From: Dudresnaya verticillata
Lineage: Eukaryota
DNA: 64,000 nucleotides
Direction: 5' to 3'
NCBI GenBank assembly: GCA_977862235.1
Contig: OZ374560.1
Span: 496,001 to 560,000 of the forward strand
Below are positions 1 through 12,659 of this stretch, one piece after another. The position numbers and the translations under genes are program-made. Below the pieces are notes generated by a model that saw only the letters and a list, made by a program, of their open reading frames with translations, was not told where the DNA came from and did not search any database. Position 1 is the stretch's first letter; each line of letters opens with the position of its first letter.

Positions 1-16
1 CCCACAGTGGGAAAGG

Positions 17-1270
17 TCATTGGTGGCTGGAAAGAACGGGTTCAGGTGCTGTGTCCATGGGGGTGTCTCGAGGACAGTCATTGGAGGGCGAAGGGGGCGA
101 GATTGCAGGACGGCGAGGAACCAAGGCAGGGGCATCTACAGCATCACGATTCGAGCGACGAACCAGCTGGGACCCATCCGAATCGAGGACAGGATCTCCA
201 GAAGGACGGGATCGGGGTAACCCGTACCGACGTCGCTTGGCGGCGAGTGGAATCTCGCAAAGCGGGAACGCATGACCCTGTTGCGCCCGACCAGCCGTGA
301 CGAGCTTAGCAAAGAGAGCTTTCGATATGGCGCAGTGCTTCGGAGAAGAAGGGAGCAGGGCGCCAAGAACAATCAAGGGCTTCAAGTCGGGTGCTTTCGG
401 TGCGGAGAGAGGTAGTAATGGCTGCGATATCGTCTAAATCAGTCACGGAGGTCGCCAAATAGAGGACCGGCGACACCGAAATGGTCGGGACAACAACAGC
501 ATCAGCATCCTTCGCGTAGTCCAGAAATGTAGTATACGCGGGAGCAACATGAGGAAGGTCTGCGGCCCCCGCACAAACATAGAAAGCTCGTGCACTATCC
601 GTGGTGATGATTGAACAAGGGCCAGGAAAGCCCCCGACTTTCAGGGCAGAGCGGAAGTGAGCGGGGGAGTCGAAAGGACTAACGTTGGCGGCAGTGGAAA
701 CCTTAACAAAGCGCTTAGCGTGTGAGCCGACGAGGGTGCGGTTAATGCGGCGGACATCACTCTCCAGGCGACGAGAGATAGGCTGTTGAGACGGATGTGT
801 GGGAGCTTGATTTCCATGACGTCCAAGCATAGGAAGCTGGCCGACAGGACGTTTGGGCAGGTGAGTGGAAAGGGCGGCGAGATAGGGTCGAGGCGAATCT
901 GGGGAAGAGGCGGCGGGAGCAGCGGTGGGAGAGATGACATGGGCGGAGGGGTCGGAGATAATCGATAAGAGGCGCCGCCGAACTGGTTTCCCCGGCAAAA
1001 CAGCGGAATTAAACCTTGAACAGCTGGCAACGGCGTCAGGCTAGGAGCGAACTGAGCTATCGCGGTGTCGTTAGCAAGATCGACGGTCGACAACAAGGGG
1101 GCACTTAAGCTGAGGAAATCAATGACTGCATGTGTGAGGGCGGTGAATGTAACAGACTTAGAGCCCGGATGCGTAGGTGTGGAAGGGGCACGAGGGTTTC
1201 TGGCGGAATCGGGCATGTCGGAAACAGAAGCGCCCGAGAACTTCGGACAAAGAGGACAAGAAAGCGCCAA
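17..1270 (-). other. Degenerate GC-rich coding-like segment of unknown origin (overlapping frameshifted ORFs 641-1270, 306-998, 17-385)
   Basis: Three consecutive minus-strand ORFs in shifting frames; begins with CPLCPKF (CxxC); abrupt composition change at 1270/1271 where the Copia integrase stops. No domain recognised. Confidence 0.3.
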
Positions 1271-3214
1271 CTTTGACTCTATATAATTCTTGCTTGGACA
1301 ACGAGGTGGAGCAGGACGAAAGCTGATATCAAGCTGTTTGAGATAAGATTTAAAATCCGAGTTTTAAAGGCAAGATCACCTTGAACTGCTATTGGGGGCC
1401 CAAAGGCAGATATCCAACATGCCTCAAGAGAATATATTGCATCTTCCATATTTTTGGTCGTAAGGCATTGCTCTGAGGAATACCTGGACATCGAGTCCAT
1501 TATATGGAATACATTTAAATCCTGGGGGAAAATGATCAACAAAGACAAGACCATTAAAACCACGCGATAAATTATTTAGAGATACAGTACGAGCCTTTTT
1601 GGGCAGGTATGTAGAGTGACAGTCTCGACACGACTCAAGAATCTTCTACAAGTACGATGCACATTCATCATTCCATAGACTATTTCGTTCAAGTAAAGTT
1701 TTGATGTCATAGTAGTTGGAATGGTCACAGACGTGTGCGCGAACCTTGTCTATACTATGCTTCAAATTGTTCCATTGAATAGAGCTAGAACTACTGACAA
1801 GATTTTGAATAAGCTCATCATCAATATAAGGACTTTGGTTACAAGTATTATCAGATGATGCAGTTTGCACAAAGCGGTCAGCAGGAGATAGTCTAGTAAA
1901 TCTTCTTTCACGATACGGATAGAATCCTGTATTCCAGCATAGTTCTGAACTGGGAGTTGTGACAAGTTACCATTCATATGCATAATGTTACAGTGCTTCA
2001 TGATAGTTTTGCCAATGACCCATTGAGACGGCCCAGAAATAATAAGGTACCTGATATGAATAGTAATTCCGCAGTCATTTATTGCATTTAAATCCACGGA
2101 GACCAACATACGTCGGACTGAACTTGAATGGGGGCCCTTGCCATACTGCCAGAATGGGCGGTCAGATACAGAGTCAGGAAGTGGTCCTAAGGCACAAGAC
2201 CAATGGGGTAAAATTAGTGGTGAGAGCTCACGAAGCTGAACTATCTCCGTGCCAGAATATGGAGCTCCATCGTCAAGTAGTGGATTAGGAAGTCGGGAAA
2301 GAGTTTCAAAAAAAGGGCAACTATTCAGAGTTTCCACGCTGAAGTGTACTGTCTCAGTCTTAGCAGTGGTATTGCTGGTTTCAACCTGAGGTTGTTTCAC
2401 ATCGGTCGATTTGTTTAAAGGACATTCTGGATCAATAGACCACTGCCCTTTTCTTACATGCACGACACGTAGACTTATTCTTGGCTTCAATAGTTTCTGA
2501 TGGAGTCATGTCCGCAATCTCTTTTCTACGAGGAGACTTCGTAGAGTTTGGTGTAAAGCCACTACTGGAATTTAAAGTAGACTTGGAAGTTCCTAAGATA
2601 TGCTTAGGACGGTCACATGTGCGAATAATAGTGGTAACATCTTCGTACTTGAAAGTTTGCAGCATTTCAGCCGAAGTTCCAACAACCTCTCCCACGGCCC
2701 GACGCGGTGCAGCTGCTGCAAGGATAGATATACGTTGATTGGCAGTAGAAAGGAGCATGACGACTCCGGCAATGTTGACTCCGTGGCTGTAGCGTTAAAG
2801 CGGCTTAAAATAGCATCAAAACGCATTTCAAAAGTTTTAAAACCTTCTTGATCACCTCCTGTTGCACTTAGTAAAGATAAAAATTTCTGGAAGACATCAT
2901 TCACAACCGCCAGAGGATCGGCTTTGTGAAGAGATTTTGCTATTTCCATTGCACCATTCGCGCCATGAATAGTTCGAGTATCCAATTTCATAACAATTTC
3001 TTGAGCTCGACCACATAGCCGTGACTGCAGAATCATTCCTTGAAGCTCAGACGGAATCTAATTTGTATTGCTCTCAGGTAACTTATCATGAAACGTTGAC
3101 CATAACTTGACAGAATTTGGATAGCGTTCTTGGCTTCCATGTCAGTCGGTCCAGGGAGCATCCTTGATTGTCCATGAACATTTGGGACGAGAGGGCAAAA
3201 AAGCTAGGGCTCAT
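1271..3214 (-). pseudogene. Copia gag-pol remnant with stops and frameshifts
   Basis: gag: WTIKDAPWTD*..VKLWSTFHDKLP..QGMILQSRLCGRA; knuckle CRACKK(R)GQWSIDPECP; protease LLDDGAPYS; integrase HVCDH, FHIMDSMSRYS, WISAFGPPIAVQGD, RPAPPRCPSKNYIESK (ends at 1271). Confidence 0.85.
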
Positions 3215-3218
3215 AACC
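3206..3218 (-). promoter_or_regulatory. Candidate primer-binding site of the half-tRNAiMet type (GGTTATGAGCCCT), overlapping the gag ATG
   Basis: Minus strand reads GGTTATGAGCCCT, complementary to the initiator tRNA-Met anticodon arm, as used by Ty5 and copia. Confidence 0.55.
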
Positions 3219-3528
3219 TAATAAAAAGGAGGGAAACAAAGTATGGGGTAGGAGGATATTAAAAGACAGTATAGAATTGGTAGATCAAATAAGAAAGTGT
3301 AATTGAATGTGTTATAATAGTTCTTCTAGTTCTGATGCCTGAGATCAAGAGTGAACGAACTATTGAGGGTTCTTATAGACTTGCTACTTCTCAGCTTGAG
3401 ATAGTATTCTAGTAGTTCAGAAAGTCTAGAAGACTATAGATGTTACTACAGTACTAGTGGAAGTCTGATATTTTAGCAATACTGTATTGATCTGATATTG
3501 CATGCATGTAATGCAATAACTCTAAACA
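3219..3528 (-). repeat. Candidate 5' LTR of the Copia fragment
   Basis: AT-rich non-coding block upstream of gag; starts TG at 3528 on the minus strand, exactly where element A sequence is interrupted. The inner boundary is uncertain (3219, or CA at 3340 followed by a degenerate GGCATCAGAAC). No partner LTR in the window. Confidence 0.55.
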
Positions 3529-5273
3529 AATATCCGAAAAGGATACAAGTTAGATAGATAATGCCTTGAGCGGGATTGCCTCGCATGGACATCTCTTCGT
3601 CGATGAGCCACACCGGATTGGCGTCTTATTCCGATAAGAAGGAATCCGTACCACAGCCGGGGTGGGGCGGTGGGACGGAAAGACGTGGTCCTCCTCCCAA
3701 TGGTAGCCGATGAAACCAGGGGTCTTCTCCCAGCTGCTGTTCGCGTTGGCGTCGAATAATCTCTGCACGCGCTCCAATGGGTACTGGGTTCCCTCGACAA
3801 GCGCGGCAACTCCCACTTGGTGTATGGTCGAGATGGACTTACAGGGTAGCTCGAAGATACGACCACAGTCGCACCCTCCGGATCGATGCTATCCCTCGGT
3901 AACGCTCTCCAGTCAGCGGACATCTTCGTGTTAGCATGCACACCGCGATTGGTGACTTGCAACCACGAGAAGAGGACGAACATCGCTCACTCTGAGCGGA
4001 GGATTAACCCGAAAGCGGCCATCTGTGGGTGATCGAACGACTTTTCTCCATCTGGGTGTAACGCCTTCCAATTACGGTGTTGATGGAACCGGTAGGAAAA
4101 ATGGGCCACCACTGTTGGAGTCAGAACCGAAAGCCAGCGAGTGATCTCGTACTCGGCCCTTCACCCCAGTGCGATGAGGTAGAGGCTACGGTGCGACGAT
4201 GGCGACACCTGGAATAATTCATGCGTATTCCAAGTATGGAGCTGCTCCCTTCCCAACTGGCGTCCATTTCTCCCCTCAAACGGAGGAGGAGCTCCTTCCC
4301 CGCATCATCAGACCATCGCTACGGATTGCCGAGCCAGTGCAGACCCTGGTCTCATGGCCTAGAGCAGCACAGAAAGTCACCACCAACCGGACGATGCTGT
4401 AGCTGATGGGTTGAAGCCAGCAAACGGCACACCTTTTCAGCATAGCCCTCTTCTTCCTGACACCGGATCCAGACGACGTCACACCCCGATGGAGCCCGCG
4501 TCCGACAAACGGAGTGAATCCAGCGGGAATTCCACTTCTCGGCACGCCGATTCGGAAACCACTTGTGGTTGATCAGTCCACCCGACTCTGTCACGGCGTT
4601 ATAACGGCGACCCTCGCGGGTATCGCCATATTTCATGACGAACACCGACACGGGCATGGGGAGCTGGACATCTCGCGCTCCTCTTCTGTCCGTTGGCGTG
4701 GGCAGGCGCTGTGGTCATACTCCCGACCCAGCTATGTGGCCTCGTCAGTGTACTCAGTCGGACTAGCACGCCCGCGATACCCAGTCGGAGTATACGCGTG
4801 TGGACCAGAAGGAGTTGCGGTACCACCCATGTGGAGTGCAGGCGTCAGATGCATGCCCCCCGCAAGCCCATACGGGTGACTCGGCTCGAAGGCCTCTTGA
4901 CGGTCAGGCGGAGTTGCCCACTACTGTCGCAGTGCAACCGGCCTACTGCCCCACTGCCGCGGTTTGCCGCTGTCGCGGTACTCCATCTCGGTGATACTCC
5001 TTGAGGGGGCCAGGGCGATGCGTGCCAGGCCCCCTGCGGCGATCAGACACCGACGTGCCCATTGTCTGTCCAACACCCCTGACTCGGCGGCGTGGAACTC
5101 TTGGACTGGAAGTGCGTGACGGCATCACTCCCACTCCCGCTGGAGTCTCCGGTACTGTGTTTGTAGGCGCGCGTCTTATTCCTCAGCTTGCGCCTTCGCT
5201 GCCGGTGCCTCCACCGTTGCCTGCGTACGTCGCGTGGGCTAAAAACGGGCCCGCGCGCGGTCAGTGCTGCCAC
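3529..5273 (-). pseudogene. Antisense accessory ORF of element A (disrupted, truncated)
   Basis: Fragments FPNRRAEKWNSRWIHSVC, WLSVLTPTVVAHF, LILRSE*AMFVLFSWLQV and TPGFIGYHWEED align with B aORF VPNRRAFVWQSRWVHSYC, WLSVPTPSVVASF, IFRSEWAMLVLFSWLQV and TPSFLGYSWDED. The start is uncertain. Confidence 0.75.
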
Positions 5274-5435
5274 TCGTACATCGCCAGCGGCACACCGGAA
5301 TGGAGAAGCACGTTAGTAGACAGGCGTCAATATGAACCCGCTGGTGTTTCAGAAGACGTGTCGCGGTACACCTGGTTGGAGTGCCTACCAAATGCCCGGG
5401 GCGAACGAGGACATGTCGCCATTTAAGGGGGGGCC

Positions 5436-6072
5436 TGCGGTGATGTGACCGTTGTGGAGTCCCGATTGAGCCGACTCGCGACCGGCACATCGGTGAGCTC
5501 GCGCCAAAAGCCGAAGCGGAGTGCAGCGGCACAGAAGCACTGTATGCCTTGCTGTAACCTGCAGCGCCCAGCAATCTGAACCAAGTAGTTGATTTATTTT
5601 TAATTAGGTAACTATAATGATTATGTAAAGTAAGTAGTGTAATGCCGGCCAATAAGAATGCTGAGTATGTCCGCAACGGTGATTGGGACCAGCAGGGCAA
5701 GATCCAACCAGTGGACCAGACCCATCCGGGTCTGGCCCACACGGACCGGGGCGCGGGGTATACCTCACACTATTTAATGTGTGTCCACCACGGACCCTGG
5801 GCAGAGTCCTTTACCCTAAGCTTTACCCTCGTACTCCTTCACGGTTCCCCGCGCTAGTCCCGTCCACGGATACCCCTATCTTCGTCTCGGTGTAACTGCC
5901 CCGGCACTGTACCGTCCCTCTTGTCAGTTGCTTCCCTTTACTCCTTACAGGTGTTGCCGCCCGCGGTACTCCCTTCGGTCTACGAACTAAGCTCTACCAC
6001 ACCGGTTTGGTTCGAACACTCCCTATTTGAATTGCCCGATCAGCTCTCCTTACAGGTGTGCCTCTCACTACA
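5436..6072 (+). repeat. 3' LTR of element A (637 bp, TG...CA)
   Basis: Starts TGCGGTGATGTGACCG right after the PPT; ends TCACTACA; shares the GGACCAGACC..GGGTCTGGCCC.CACGGACCG block with LTR B. Confidence 0.8.
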
Positions 6073-6469
6073 TCTCATCTTCTAGCCAATCAGATCAGTT
6101 GAACGCATTCTTTAACACCTTTGTTAAGAGGATACGATGCCGATCTTCCGAGGTCAGTTTGTAGCGAGGCATGACTCTCTTCTCGGCAAGATCGACACTT
6201 TGAGATTGAAAGACGACCTAACTCAGTCCGTTGTGACTGCAGCCAAGTCTACCCTGCTATTCTTCGCTCCACAGTCTTTCACGGATGATGAAATCTCCGA
6301 ACCATTCACCCTTCCGGACATTAAGCCGTTGGTGAACACATGACAAGCCATTTGCTGCCTCCATCCGAGATATTCTCAGAAACGTTCTTCAAGATTCCGC
6401 TGTTTGCAGTCACTCTGCTCAGGGCTGTTGCCGATCTCTATGGTTTCGGTGAAGTCACCAGGGACTAGT

Positions 6470-6859
6470 GTACCGTATTTGGCTCACTGTTAGCATTATA
6501 GCTCTAACTGAGAGGGTAGTAACTTCCGGCTCCCACCGTATTTATAAGGCCCCTGAGGAGCAGGGGCCACGCATTAAACGGCCCGCGGTGTGTGCCTTGG
6601 GATTTTACCCTTTCTTACACTCCCATGGTATCACCGCTATATAACCCCTCTAGGCGTTTACAAGCCATGCTACCTACAACGACTTCTCTAAGCAGGATGG
6701 TTAGCCTTCCCCTTACCCCCTCTTGGTCAGGGCTCGCAGCCGTTTCAAAGTCTCTACCACCCCCTTCAGGAGCTACCAACCACGAGAGTGGAATTGGCTT
6801 CAGGACAGCTCTCGCGCTGTGTTGCCGTCTGTTTTCTGGCTTGAAGCCATTTTACTACA
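6470..6859 (+). repeat. LTR fragment D (3' part), related to the LTR of element C
   Basis: Shares GGCCCCTGAG.AGCAGGGGCC, TTTCAAAGTCTCTACCA, CAGGACAGCT and terminal TACTACA with 27672-28315; left boundary approximate. Confidence 0.75.
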
Positions 6860-7021
6860 CGGCGTCATCCCCGGTGATCGATCGCTCGAGTTCTCCCTTA
6901 CGCACATGAATACGTTGACACCCTGGTCCTTGGCGTCCGTCACCCGGCTATATCATGCTACCGCCCTATTCGGATTACTCCGTGTTCTTGTGTTTTGCTT
7001 GCAGCTGCGTGGCTTCTGTGG

Positions 7022-7710
7022 TGTAGTGAAAACCCACGAACTCCGTAACGGACAGCTGGCCTGACTTTCCTACACGGGACGAGGGCGACACTACCTCCAC
7101 GGGGTGGTAGAGCAGTTCGCATCGAGACGAGAGAACAGCGAGCGGCTAACCGAATCGGATATTGGGAAGCAGCAGACAAGGGGGTGGTACAAGTGCCGGG
7201 ACGGACCCCGTAACGGTGGTGGTGGTAGACCGCAACGGGCTCGGCGCGGGGAAAACCGTAAAGGAAAGAGTTACACTGGGATTGAGGCTCAAGGGTTGCT
7301 TGCCCGTTTACCCTAGGATCCGCTGCGGTGCCGCCCTGATATACAAGTCAGGTTGGCACCGAGCGGTCCGGTCCGTGGGGGCCAGACCCTAGTGGTCTGG
7401 TCCTATGGTGGAATCGGCCGTTTTGGTCCCAATCTCTGACATGGATATGCGCAGCAATCTCATTGGCTGGCGCACTACTCTACACAAATTACAGATATTC
7501 ACAAAAATAAAGAATAAATACCACAAATACTCCGCTATGATTGGTGCGCTCCACTTACAGTACAGTGATGCGTACCAGTGCACACTAATGCGCACACAAC
7601 CGAAACAGTTACACGTTGCCAGATCATCAGCGTGGCGTATCGCTACATCATCCGTTACGGTTGGCTCAACGTCGGTGCGCCGCATGCGTGCCACGGCTCA
7701 CTTCACCACA
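7022..7710 (-). repeat. 3' LTR of element B (689 bp, TG...CA)
   Basis: Minus strand starts TGTGGTGAAGTGAGCCG right after the PPT and ends TCACTACA; same termini pattern as LTRs A and C. Confidence 0.85.
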
Positions 7711-7845
7711 GACCCCCCTCGTTAAATGGTGCCACGTCCTCGGGCGCCCACCGTCACGGATTGCCATCCCTTCCACATCCACACATTCATCCGATATTGT
7801 TAACGCTCTCAACTTTCCCTTATACTTCGTGCGCCTTCTTCCAAT

Positions 7846-10692
7846 ATGGCAGGGGAGAAAAGCAAGCGCTCCCCCTCGCCCTTTCAACCGAAACGGCGTA
7901 CTCGCGCGAGCTCGGCGACGAGAGCGCCGGGCGCACATACCGTCACGGATGCTTCGACGCAAGCACAGGTCTCTTCCTCGGCGGCTGCGACAAGACCCAC
8001 GACGCGTGGCCGTGTGGACGTCCCCGCATCGGAAGCCGTGCAGGTACCATCAGCGGGCCGCAGCTGGTCGGTCTACGATCCGAATCGGTTTGCTGCTCGC
8101 GCAGCCACAAGGACCGCACGGACAGGGAATGCAGCGACCCACCGTGACGGAGAAGAGTCGCCCAAGGATGATGATGAGGAGGTCCGACGTGGTGGCGAGG
8201 TGCTCAAATTGGCGGACCTTCCATCGATTCCGTTAAGGTCGCCTTCAACACCGACATCAACGCCGGTGCGGAGTATGCGAGCGAGCCCGCATCCTGCTCT
8301 CAACAATCCGAGACGGTCGCCTGTTCCAGCGCGAAGTACTACGCCGGCCTCAAGCCCTTGAATGTCGAGGGCGCGTACCCGTAACGGTGAGGGCCCTGCC
8401 ATAAGTGGATACTGGCCGGGGCACCATTTCGATCACCATGCTGGGCGCCCGGCGAGATCCGATGCGGAACGGGCGAAGGTCACACCGCCGATGACAGTGT
8501 CGTACTTCATCGAGGATTACCCACCCGTTTTGGAAGCGCAACGATACCAAGCCGTTTCGGAGCAGCCATTCAAGGCAAACCAGCTAATTGGTTTCGTTCC
8601 CAACCGGCGGGCGTTTGTGTGGCAAAGCCGATGGGTGCATAGCTACTGCCAAGAGCGCACCACTACCGTTTCGGATTTGTTGTGGTACCGTTGCCACGGA
8701 GAAGTTGGGTATACCGCGAAGGTGAGCCGCTTGTTCTCCAAGGCGTTCCTTCTACGGGGTAAACCGATCGGGGTGCAGTTCATCTGCTTCGACCCACCGT
8801 ATGACCAATCGGTGTATTGGATCCGCTATGCCGACGGGTGGAAAGACGACACGGCAACGGCACACCGATTGTGGACGCGCTACCGAGACGGAATGCATGT
8901 GGGCGCACCCATCTTGCACACGTGGAATACCAAGGAGTTCTTCCACCCTCCGTATCGGATGCGACGTGAGCTCTACCTCACAGCTCCGTCGTGGTGGGAT
9001 AGCTATGCGGTAACCCGTTGGCTATCCGTGCCCACGCCTTCTGTGGTGGCGTCCTTCTCCGCGGACCTGTTCACTGAGCGGGAGTAGAATCGCTAACATC
9101 CGAACGGAGAGCGTCCCCCGAACCGAGATCAGCTTGACGTGCTTTGGCGTATCTTCCGATCCGAGTGGGCAATGCTGGTGCTATTTTCGTGGCTCCAGGT
9201 TGCCTACTATGGCGTACGGTACAATACCAAGTTATCCGACTGGAGGTGCTTCCCGCGTGACGAAGATGACCTACCCGGAGGAGATTCTGGCCGTTTTTCA
9301 ACTACCCGTGACGGTAATCGCCCTAATTCGCCAAGTCGGCGCATCCGATTTGGTGACGGGGTCGGCGTATCCCCTCCATCGGGTTGAGCTTCCTTTATCC
9401 GTACACGAAGAGAAGGATTGGCAACGCACTCCGAGCTTCTTGGGATATAGTTGGGATGAGGACCGTATCCCATCGGTGCCCCCGCTTAGGCCCGGAGTGG
9501 GCGAGACATATTTCCTTCGTCGGGAAGATCCTCGTCCGGAATGTTTGGCCTTAGAGGTGCAAGCCCATCGGGGTTATGCGCCTCACCAAGCACCAAGGGA
9601 TACGTACCGTGACAGTTTGGAAGGGGCTGAAGATTGGAGGAGTTGTCAGGAGACAACTGGGCTTTCGCGTGCAATCGAGCCGCTCGATTCCGGCACGATG
9701 AGGCAGCAAGAAGCTCGCCCTTCTTGGAAGAGCAGGAGGAGGTCATACCCGTCGCACCTATGGCAGTGGATGTTGAGAAAGTAGCCGCTCCAGTCCTTCC
9801 GGTGGTCGCTACACCCACGTTGCGCGATGTAAGCCGTGAGACTACTACTCCCGTATCGGATAAGGCCCCGACGCCCATAGACGTGGTTGCGCCTACTTTC
9901 GCGGTGCCCAAGCCCGCGGCACCATCCAAGAAGCTGGCTTCGAAGGAGCAGACCGCTTCGGAAGCAGAGCCGGGTACTGTGCCGGCAGCACTGGCTCCTG
10001 CGAAGCAACTGCATGCAGCCGCCGAATCGCTCCCCACAAGTGCTCCGCTGCCGGCACTCACTCCCGCACCAGTGGTGAGTGAGGCACCGATCACCGTACC
10101 GGAAGTGGCGCCAAAACGCCCAAGTACCGAGGCAATTGGCGACAAGCCTTTGGCTCCCTCGTTGAATCATGAACCGTTACGGAAAGGCGATATCGCCTCT
10201 CCAGAGAAGGATACGAATCCACCTCCGCGGAAGAAAATACCTTCACCCGAGTCGGGACCATCCGTAATGGTGGTTTCCTCAACGAAGCATTCATTCGAAG
10301 CCGGGTTTAGGGATAAGCCGTCGATATCCCCGAAGGTAGAGCTTCAAGAAGATGAGGATCCCACCGTCACGGTTGCAGCCCACTTAGGCGCTACGGAAAG
10401 CGGGTTACAGGTGCTACGGGGTATTTGCCGTACACAGCGCTTCCCGTTGACAGGATCCGTTCAGGAGGCGTTAAACTTAGCGGAGGGACTGATGGAGAAG
10501 GTGATTCATCTCCGCGCAGTGGTCCGTCGTCAGCGTTGGCGTATGGATAATGCGCTGCGCGCCTCGGGCGACAATACGCAGCGTGCATTCCAATCGGATC
10601 CGGCTGGAGAACCCGAATTACGAACTCGGCAGGGGGGCAACGAAGAAGATATAGCTGCCCCCGCTCCGAAGCGGCGTCACCGTGACTCTTAA
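7846..10692 (+). pseudogene. Antisense accessory ORF of element B (about 950 codons, disrupted by stops and frameshifts)
   Basis: ORFs 7846-8361, 8362-9087, 9139-9387 and 9634-10692 are in one frame; 9134-9784 supplies a frameshifted middle part. Trp/Tyr-rich core plus Pro/Ala-rich tail; homologous to the aORFs of A and C. Confidence 0.8.
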
Positions 10693-10792
10693 AGTTACAG
10701 TTCGACGATCTCCTTAACGGTTTCACGTGTACCCCAACCTTACCTTGCGATAAATATTGTACGTACCCATCCACTAGCACTCCAGCTGTCCG

Positions 10793-11131
10793 TTACGGTG
10801 AGCGACGTCTTGGATTGCCACGTCGCCGTAGTTCACCCTTAGCGGAGGTCCTTTTCTTTTGTTTCCAATACCGGTAGATGAAAGTTTTCGGCAACTCCTC
10901 AGCGGGCTCAAAAGTGCCCTGATCCGGAGGGTAACCATACCAGCGGACTTTATATGTCATCCGAGTGGGTTCGTCGCGGTGACCGACAATCTTGTCGATC
11001 AAGTATTCCGTATCGGCTTGCAATGGTTCCGTCGCGGAGGTAGTAATACCTTCTGACGGAGGTAATGCACTAATACCTCCTGGATGTGGTCCTACTTCTC
11101 CGTAGACGGTTGAGGGTGTGACAGGCGGCAC
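10793..11131 (-). pseudogene. Element B integrase C-terminal chromodomain
   Basis: EYLIDKIVGHR..YKVRWYGYPPDQGTFEPAEEL matches the chromodomain consensus. Confidence 0.9.
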
Positions 11132-11180
11132 CGCTACAGGTGTCGGTTGGACAGAGACTCCGATCGGAACTTTCGTAACA

Positions 11181-12553
11181 CTATCGATACTGACAGGGAT
11201 TAATACCCCTTCCTTGCGGATGGAACCACATGTTCTGCTGAGGATTCCACTTCATAAGGCCCCGTGCCTCTCGGAGGAGTTTCTTCATTTCCTGAACCAC
11301 CTTGCCCACGTTATCCGGTTTGCCTTCCAATCGGTCCCGTTGACGGCGTTCTGCAGGCCGCAAGTTATGGGGCGGCCGGTCGACATATAATTGACCTCCG
11401 CTTTGGATTATGGGCCCACAGCGCACCTTACGGTCAAAAAGTGCCTTGTCCTTTTTCTGAGCCACTGTCTTCTTCGTGCGCGCTGTCTGGGGCGCATACC
11501 GTAAACGGCGCATAGTGCTCCGCTTCTGTAGCACCGGGCTCATACGCCCTTCCGTAACGGTTTCTTGATGCTCGGCAGGAGCCCCTCGTACAACAATGTC
11601 CGATGGGTGGCATGTCAGCACCAAATCAAATGGTGTTGTTTCCGTAATACTGTTTACCTGCATATTGTAGGCATACGTCAACGGTTGCAGGTACAAATCC
11701 CAATCGGAATGATGATCCTCAACGTAATCGCGCAAACGCTGGGCGATTGTCTTATTGAATCGCTCAGCTTTCCCATTTGTCTGCGGATGGTAGGCAGCGA
11801 TGAGTAGATGCCTGACTCTGAGTAAGGAACGCACCGCATCAAAGCATTTAGCAGTCCACTGCGGTCCGTTATCGGTTAGGACAAACTGGGGTGCGCCATA
11901 CGCATACATCCAAAAGTCCAGAAAGGCGTTAGCCACCACAACGGCTGTTGTTGTCCGTAACGGAATACAGCGCGTCAGCTTAGAGAACCGATCGGTTATT
12001 ACCAAAACGTAGATATAACCCCTTTTTGTCTTCGGAAGTGGCCCGAGGATATCGATAGCGACAAACTCCAAAGGTCCGCTAGCGGGGAAAGTTTCATAAA
12101 CCTTTGATTCCGAAAGCGGGTTCCCTTCGTCTTGACGCACGAGCGACATGTCCGAACGGATTCAAATAAATCGCTGGCCATTTGAGGCCAGTAATAATCC
12201 TGTCGAAGTGTATAATACATCTTAATCCCTCCTGAGTGTCCCGACATCAGGGTGTAGTGGGATAAATACAATACCCGTCCACGGAGTTCGCTTGGCACCA
12301 CCTTCTGCAGAGCACCATCGAATTGGGACTTGCGCACCAATAATCCGTTACGGTCATAGTCAAATTGTGATCCAGGGGATCCTACCATATCGGCTTTGAG
12401 ACGACAGAAAGGGTTTCGGGCTTGTGCTTTGAGGCACTCCTCCCTGATTATTGTCTCATCCTTAACATCGGATTTTTGGATTACAGTAAACCGTGACGGT
12501 ATCGCGTCGGGCTTGTCAGGGGAGGCGGATGCACTTACACAGGAGGGCTCCAC
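11181..12553 (-). pseudogene. Element B integrase (HHCC zinc finger + DDE core), frameshifted
   Basis: SHYTLMSGHSG..CRSC; VAIDILGPLP, TDRFSK, LTDNGPQ, YHPQTNGKAERFN. Confidence 0.93.
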
Positions 12554-12659
12554 GGCGAATATTACGTCACTTTGCCGTAGCGGTTTCTTGTGATGTGGCC
12601 CAATCTGTTAAATGAACTCCATACTCATATAATCCGTCGACGGTATTTTCGGCGACAAA

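Larger units (their letters stand above)
1271..3528 (-). mobile_element. Ty1/Copia LTR retrotransposon, 5' fragment (GalEa-like), truncated within integrase
   Basis: AT-rich block with domain order gag - Zn knuckle - protease - integrase (Copia order); no RT/RNase H in window; candidate LTR and PBS at the right end. Confidence 0.85.
3529..6072 (+). mobile_element. Ty3/Gypsy element A, 3' remnant (antisense accessory ORF + PPT + 3' LTR)
   Basis: Homologous to the 3' region of element B at protein and LTR level; PPT AAGGGGGGGCC at 5425-5435; interrupted on the left by the Copia LTR. Confidence 0.8.

Noticed and set aside
6470..6859. LTR D as the missing 5' LTR of element C
   Set aside because: Only patchy similarity to 27672-28315, too diverged for the largely intact state of C; more likely a sister family.
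9486..10170. Minus-strand ORFs opposite the B aORF tail (and similar shadow ORFs opposite other genes)
   Set aside because: Antisense shadows of GC-rich, low-complexity coding sequence.
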